The notes below the pieces were generated by a model. It was not told where the DNA came from. It searched no databases and saw only the letters and a list, made by a program, of their open reading frames with translations. Made by a program: the position numbers and the translations under genes. From an uncultured candidate division Zixibacteria bacterium (GTDB lineage Bacteria > Zixibacteria > MSB-5A5 > RBG-16-43-9): a DNA stretch of 64,000 nucleotides. Within the stretch, counting starts at the first letter, position 1, and each line of letters begins with the position of its first letter. Below are positions 58,837 through 64,000 of this stretch, piece after piece. Location: contig OY970208.1 in assembly GCA_963713865.1 (NCBI GenBank), positions 1,888,001 through 1,952,000 of the forward strand, read 5' to 3'.

Positions 58837-59568
58837 TCATCTCGCTCCTTTATGGACCAGGATGAAATCTTTAGCTAACTTTCCAATCTCTTCTGCCAAG
58901 TCCTCAGAGAGATGAACTTTTTCAAGATATTCCTTGCCCATTCTGGTATTTTTCGGATAAGTTGCCTCTAAGATTGCAAAATCTGCACCTTTTACTAATT
59001 CTTTTAATGAGGAACACATTCCCGTGTCACCGCTTATGGCGAGGACTTCTCCATTGTACGAAATCCTGTATCCCACAGCCGGTATCGGGTCAAGTATTCC
59101 GGAACCGTTTATGCCACCGCAGTGTTTCATCGGATAAGCCTTAATGGACATTTCTCCAACTTGAAAAGCTTCATAAGACTTAACTCCCCTGCAGGACAGT
59201 TCAAAAGGAATAGTATCCTGGTAACACTTTTTGAAATTATCTACCATGGAAAATACTTCTATGCATCCCTCTGGAGCAAAAATCGGGAGTAATTTTTTTC
59301 TGCCTGTCATCCTCAAGTATCCAAGGAGTGAATGTAGTCCGCCCACGTGATCAAAATGCCCGTGAGTGTAAATGATTCCCTTAAGTTGTTTGAAATCAAG
59401 TTCATTCGATATAAAATCCCTGAGTAAGCCGTCGCCGGTATCAATAAGTATAGAGCCATGCTCATTGCTGACCAGGACGTGCTGGGCTATCCCCGCAACT
59501 GCGTAAAAAATATCAGCTTTGATACTTTTCCCTACCCAGGATTGAATATTTTTTTCTCTTTTCTTCAC
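58837..59568 (-). CDS. MBL-fold metallo-hydrolase (RNase Z-like)
   Basis: LIDTGDG, THGHFDHVGG, SGDT, LEAT, H; start uncertain because the longer ORF runs through REPs. Confidence 0.85.
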   Translation of the reverse strand: MKKREKNIQSWVGKSIKADIFYAVAGIAQHVLVSNEHGSILIDTGDGLLRDFISNELDFKQLKGIIYTHGHFDHVGGLHSLLGYLRMTGRKKLLPIFAPEGCIEVFSMVDNFKKCYQDTIPFELSCRGVKSYEAFQVGEMSIKAYPMKHCGGINGSGILDPIPAVGYRISYNGEVLAISGDTGMCSSLKELVKGADFAILEATYPKNTRMGKEYLEKVHLSEDLAEEIGKLAKDFILVHKGAR

Positions 59569-59940
59569 TATAAGTAAGGGTTTCGGTATTCCCACCTTAC
59601 CTTCTCCGAATTTGGATCCGTAGGAAAGGCGGGAACATTGTAGAGACGCATAGCTATGCGTCTCTAAGAGCTTCTCTCCTTCTTTTGACCATGCTAAATA
59701 CATACTGAAACACAATACCAACCGCTGCCAACCCACCCAAAACCCAACCGACAGTGGAATTGAATTTAAACGGCCAGATAACGCACCCGGCGTACACTAA
59801 AGCACCTCAAAGCACTGCCGCTACTACTGATCCAAATGCTTTAAACAGTTCACGCATAAGCTCTTCAAATTCCTCAGTGCTGTCAGGAGCTACTTCACAA
59901 TAGGTGTTAGGAGGTAACACCTTACGTCACTGAATTTAAT

Positions 59941-60468
59941 TCATAATTTTAATTCAAGAATTTTCTTCCTTAGTGGTCGTTTGAATATGCCTAAGCATAG
60001 GGAATTCATAATCTCAATAGCTGCACTTAAACCTGCTCTAATTTTTTTCTCATACTCTTTAACATCTATCTCATCTTCATCTTGGCGAGGATGTGTAAGC
60101 TCGTCTCTAAACTTCTTGAGTTCAAGTAAACGACACCAGGAGGGTTCATGCTCAAAATCAAAACCGGGGACATACTTATAAATTAAAAATTTTAACTTGT
60201 CCTCAAATTTGTTGTAGGCTATTTGATCGATTATCTGAAAAGAGTTCCCAGAAAGGTCAAATTTTCTGTCAATCAAAAAAGCTATTTCATATGGTTGAAG
60301 GCCACTACCTTTGGTAAGAGTATCAGCTATATAGTTAATGAATGATTCAACGGCACTTATAACACAGAATACTGACACTCTATAGTATCTTTTGGCCTTA
60401 CCCCCATCTTTAATTGCTAATGCCTGTTCAAAAAACTTATTTGAATCTTCTAAATACTCTTTAAACAT
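59941..60468 (-). CDS. HEPN-like protein
   Basis: SAVESFIN...KFEDKL...LKKFRDELTHP (R-x4-H); ATG 1 nt after upstream stop. Confidence 0.68.
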   Translation of the reverse strand: MFKEYLEDSNKFFEQALAIKDGGKAKRYYRVSVFCVISAVESFINYIADTLTKGSGLQPYEIAFLIDRKFDLSGNSFQIIDQIAYNKFEDKLKFLIYKYVPGFDFEHEPSWCRLLELKKFRDELTHPRQDEDEIDVKEYEKKIRAGLSAAIEIMNSLCLGIFKRPLRKKILELKL

Positions 60469-60469
60469 A

Positions 60470-61732
60470 CTATATATCCTTTTTTGCCTTTTCAGCATCT
60501 CTTTTCATTCTTTTAGCCTCAAATGTTTTGATGGCTGCATTAGCCAATTTCGGAGTAATGCCACGTTTCTTAGCTTCTGTTGCTTGTAATATGAACACTT
60601 CTAGCATACGTCCAAGTTCAGTGTTATTAATTCGTGCAGCAAGCCCTCGATAAGTATCAGGATCTACACCTTTTAATCTTGCTGTTGATAAGGCTTTTGC
60701 GTTTAATGGATCATCAGGAGGAGATATTTCTACGAGAGAGTAATGATTTTTTAATGCTTCTAATTTTCGCTGAAGAAATCCAGCAACATATGCCCAACTG
60801 GCTGTTAAACAGGGATGTGTCGCTTTATTTGCAAACTCTAGGTAGTTGTCTGTATCACGTCCAAGGACTCGCTCTCGCTGTAACCAGTGAAGCTTTGAAA
60901 ATTGTTCGCCCATTGTTTTGAGATCCTTATCACTCCAGTTAATTTTGTCGCGTAAATTTTTATAATCTTCATCTGTGCCAGGCCCCGAAGAACAGACTTT
61001 AGGTAAATGAAATTCATTTGATTTAGCATTCTTGCCACTGTAAAAATTAACTAGTAAAGTTCTCGCTAATCGAACAGTAGGTACTCCTTCAGGACTTCTC
61101 CTATCTGCAAAATTTTGACCATCTTTTAGTAACCCTAAAGCTTGACACCAATCTCTTAATTGGGGTCCTAAAAGGTCTTCCTGCATTCTGTCTAATAAAT
61201 CATTTGATACTGCAATTGAGGTATTATTTGCCGTAGCAATATCGACTTTTTGTTCAAGAGATAAACCAAAATAGACTCTCACACCATGATACACTACGAC
61301 ATCTTTTTTATCAGCCTCCATTATAGCTTTAACACGATGTTGTCCTCCAAAAACCTTAAGGGGGTTTTCTGCTCTATAAGAAGTATCATATTCTACAACT
61401 AAATCCTCAAAACTTCTCCCTTTTAATGCGTCAGATTCCATTAATCGATATGCATAAGTATCTGTATAAATTTCGCGATTAAGTTTATAATCTTCGCTTT
61501 CTTCGGGATCTAATACTGCATCCAAATCAGTTTTGGAACTCAGTGCTTTTGAATCGAGATGGCAGTTTACGTAATAAGCTTTGCTTCTATTATCAAATAG
61601 CAGTAAAGGTTTGACACCGTTTATTTCTTCAAAAGTTTTAAAAACATAAAGAAATTCTTCCAGTTTTTCCTTCACTCCTGCATTTGGTTTAAATCCTGCT
61701 GGCGTAATAAACGCTGCTTTTATACTTTTCAT
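60470..61732 (-). CDS. DGQHR/DndB-like (ParB superfamily) protein
   Basis: LNR...LKVFGGQHRVKAI...N motif; AT-rich. Confidence 0.62.
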   Translation of the reverse strand: MKSIKAAFITPAGFKPNAGVKEKLEEFLYVFKTFEEINGVKPLLLFDNRSKAYYVNCHLDSKALSSKTDLDAVLDPEESEDYKLNREIYTDTYAYRLMESDALKGRSFEDLVVEYDTSYRAENPLKVFGGQHRVKAIMEADKKDVVVYHGVRVYFGLSLEQKVDIATANNTSIAVSNDLLDRMQEDLLGPQLRDWCQALGLLKDGQNFADRRSPEGVPTVRLARTLLVNFYSGKNAKSNEFHLPKVCSSGPGTDEDYKNLRDKINWSDKDLKTMGEQFSKLHWLQRERVLGRDTDNYLEFANKATHPCLTASWAYVAGFLQRKLEALKNHYSLVEISPPDDPLNAKALSTARLKGVDPDTYRGLAARINNTELGRMLEVFILQATEAKKRGITPKLANAAIKTFEAKRMKRDAEKAKKDI

Positions 61733-61909
61733 TTCAATACCTCTTTAAAGTATTTTTCTAAATCTTTTCTAAGTGCTGTCGGAAGTTACATCCCGACAGG
61801 TGTCAGGTGGTACCACCTGACACCACTACGAATTACATAAATAAATTTGCGCAACTATTTGGACTTCAAATATTTCTACCCTGTTAACTAAAATTATTCA
61901 CTTTAATCT

Positions 61910-62404
61910 TTATGTATGTCTTGAACCTTCGTCTTGTTTGTGTGTTATCGGCCATATCTTAGCTTTTGAGACCCGCAAAAGATCCTGAAGACCTATCTCA
62001 AGGCTTCGGTCATTTCTTCCAACCCCACAATAAACAACATCCATATTCAGTACATTTTCATCAAATATAGCTTTTATGCTATCTCTTGTTGGGATAGGGC
62101 AAATTCCTCCCATTTGGAAACCCAGTTCTGACTTCATCTCTTCTGTAGAAGGTTTTACTAAGTCATCACGATCAACACCAAAGGCTGTTGCCAATTTACG
62201 GTACTCAACTTTGTCTAGTCCTTTGATCACAGCCAGAATCCAGAATGAATTTCTAATTCTAAAGACGAGTGTTTTTAACAGTCTTTCTCTTGGAAAAGGC
62301 AATTTCTTCTCTACGTCCAGCATTGTTATAACAGGTTCATGTTCATGAATTCTGAATGTCGCGCCTTTTTCTCTAAGTATTCTTATGACTTCATCATACA
62401 CCAT
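61910..62404 (-). CDS. YbaK/EbsC aminoacyl-tRNA editing domain protein
   Basis: LLKTLV, LGFQMGGICP, VYCGVGRND.SLEI. Confidence 0.9.
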   Translation of the reverse strand: MVYDEVIRILREKGATFRIHEHEPVITMLDVEKKLPFPRERLLKTLVFRIRNSFWILAVIKGLDKVEYRKLATAFGVDRDDLVKPSTEEMKSELGFQMGGICPIPTRDSIKAIFDENVLNMDVVYCGVGRNDRSLEIGLQDLLRVSKAKIWPITHKQDEGSRHT

Positions 62405-62421
62405 ATTATATTTTCTCCTTT

Positions 62422-63081
62422 CTACTGATTACTGGATAAGAAATGAGCTCCATTTGCTAAAAGTATTATCTTATCCTTTATTAATGAAATGACTTGACTT
62501 CTCTGAGAAAGAGTCGTTCCATCATTCCAGATTCGCCAGAACTCTTTTTCAAACTCTGTAACAATATGTTCATCTTCTATTTGTAAACCTTGAATTCGTT
62601 GGTATCCAAAGTTGTTTCTCACATCAATTGTTAGACTCTTCTTAGCCTTTACAATAAATACAAAAGGAAGTACTTCACGACAAAAGGCGACTTCATATAA
62701 AGGCAGATGCTGTAGAAGAGATACTATAGTCTGTAGAACTTTTATGATCTCCTTTGGTGTTGCTCTGAAGTTGGGTATTTGCCTGTGGACAATGCCACTT
62801 CTACAAAATTCTTCTATCGCATCAATTTCATAGATTTCCTTATAAGGTATCTTCCGCATATTAGAATGAATACTTTTGCTGCGTCGCCAGAGATCATTTG
62901 CTGCTACTCCAGCGGATGATTTTGTAGCTAAATCTTTTTCATAATACCGTAGTATTATAGATTTGGAGAAAAGATGCGATGAAAGATAACTTGAAGCTAC
63001 TAAAGTGGTGATTCCTTTTTGTTCAATATTATCAATGTGCTTGATATATTCATCTGTCGTTCTAAAAATGTGGATTGGCAT
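62422..63081 (-). CDS. Hypothetical protein, DUF5753-like domain without HTH
   Basis: RR...EIYE..AI...L..IV.LL...LPF...IED..IV.EF..EF.RIW...S.VI.LI pattern. Confidence 0.5.
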   Translation of the reverse strand: MPIHIFRTTDEYIKHIDNIEQKGITTLVASSYLSSHLFSKSIILRYYEKDLATKSSAGVAANDLWRRSKSIHSNMRKIPYKEIYEIDAIEEFCRSGIVHRQIPNFRATPKEIIKVLQTIVSLLQHLPLYEVAFCREVLPFVFIVKAKKSLTIDVRNNFGYQRIQGLQIEDEHIVTEFEKEFWRIWNDGTTLSQRSQVISLIKDKIILLANGAHFLSSNQ

Positions 63082-63098
63082 AACTTTTCCTCGTTTGT

Positions 63099-64000
63099 TT
63101 ATCCCTTAGAAATATCCGCAATCACCGGCGAGGCAAGCTTTATAAGATCAACAACTGAAATCCTTAATGATTCAGTCCGTTTTCCAGTTCCGCAGTACAC
63201 CATTTCGAGTTCTTTGATTCGATTATCAAGAATGACATTTATAGAACGCGGGTATCCAAAAGGAGGGATTCCTCCAATACTAAAACCAGTAATTTCTTCC
63301 ACCTCTTGCGCAGTTGCTATCTTAATCTGATCTCTCTTAACTTCTAAAATATAAGCTACTTTTGCAAAGTCCATCCTTCTATGTGCTTGAAGTACCACTG
63401 CAAAGTATTGTGGTTGTTGTCCAATAGGGCTGTCTTTCTGAGTTATCGGGATAATCTTAATTATAATCGATTTGATCAACTCTAGTTTCTGCACGTCAAG
63501 AACAGATGCTACATCATCAGGAGACATCACGGGAGCATGCACCTTAATATTCGGAACAATATGATTATTTTCCAAAAGACGCATTATGTTCAAGTAGCCA
63601 TATGTCTCTTGTTCGGTATCAAGCTTCCCTTTTTTTCTGCAAATCGCCACAATATACGGACCTCCAGCAATTTGCTCATTAAGTCTCAATTCTTTATCTA
63701 CTATAGTGCATAGTTGTTTTGCTTTTTCACTTTTGAAAATAGAATGTGGGAATAATGAAGTAAGAGTGGGAAAGGTAGAAAGTTCTACTATCTCAAAATA
63801 GCTTCCTAACATATCTCTTACTTCCTGGAGTGAATACGCACGAACAGCTACATCATAATTCTCACTCTTAAAATTAACCTTGAGAAACCCTGTTTTTGGG
63901 TCAAAACGTGCAGATAGACTTGGCGCCCATTCTAGACTATCAATTTGAACTACAAGAGATTGTTTGTTATAGAATGATATTAGGAAGACACCACTAGGCT
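63099..64000 (-). CDS. Class I methyltransferase-YbaK fusion, 5' end outside window
   Basis: Frame open to window edge: PSGVFLISFYN (MTase KPxG motif)...then LIKSII, TGFSIGGIPPFG, VYCGTG. Confidence 0.75.
   Translation of the reverse strand, partial: PSGVFLISFYNKQSLVVQIDSLEWAPSLSARFDPKTGFLKVNFKSENYDVAVRAYSLQEVRDMLGSYFEIVELSTFPTLTSLFPHSIFKSEKAKQLCTIVDKELRLNEQIAGGPYIVAICRKKGKLDTEQETYGYLNIMRLLENNHIVPNIKVHAPVMSPDDVASVLDVQKLELIKSIIIKIIPITQKDSPIGQQPQYFAVVLQAHRRMDFAKVAYILEVKRDQIKIATAQEVEEITGFSIGGIPPFGYPRSINVILDNRIKELEMVYCGTGKRTESLRISVVDLIKLASPVIADISKG

Noticed and set aside
30829-63330. Numerous antisense or overlapping short ORFs within housekeeping genes
   Set aside because: Shadow ORFs with no recognisable motifs

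Overview
Bacterial chromosome segment, probably from an FCB-related candidate phylum (Zixibacteria-like; inferred from T9SS-type C-terminal domain, bS22 and a Fibrobacter-type LexA box), that spans the replication terminus. Nearly all genes up to 30.4 kb are on +, all genes beyond 30.6 kb are on -, and a Bacillus-like 28-bp dif site lies at the switch (30419-30446). Core content: dinB, FBP aldolase/phosphatase, der-plsY-gpsA, surE, apt, GH57, split MetE plus YitJ-like protein, leuS, asnS, rimP-nusA-infB-rbfA-nrnA-truB-ribF-rpsO-pnp, proS, miaA, mutL, 5 tRNAs and an unannotated 31-aa bS22 gene. Accessory content: a one-gene islet bounded by a 52-bp tRNA-Pro repeat; a decayed integrase-less integron cassette array (ParB-domain + nuclease/TIR-like pair, methyltransferase, hicA stub); a HEPN-containing pair abutting dif; a type II R-M pair; a DGQHR(GGQHR)+HEPN pair; and a methyltransferase-YbaK / DUF5753-like / YbaK operon cut by the window end. 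Intergenic DNA is saturated with REP-like palindromes, some inserted in frame in mutL. Five single-base frameshifts share a CCAG(G/A) context and are probably sequencing errors. All family calls are by motif recognition, not database search.
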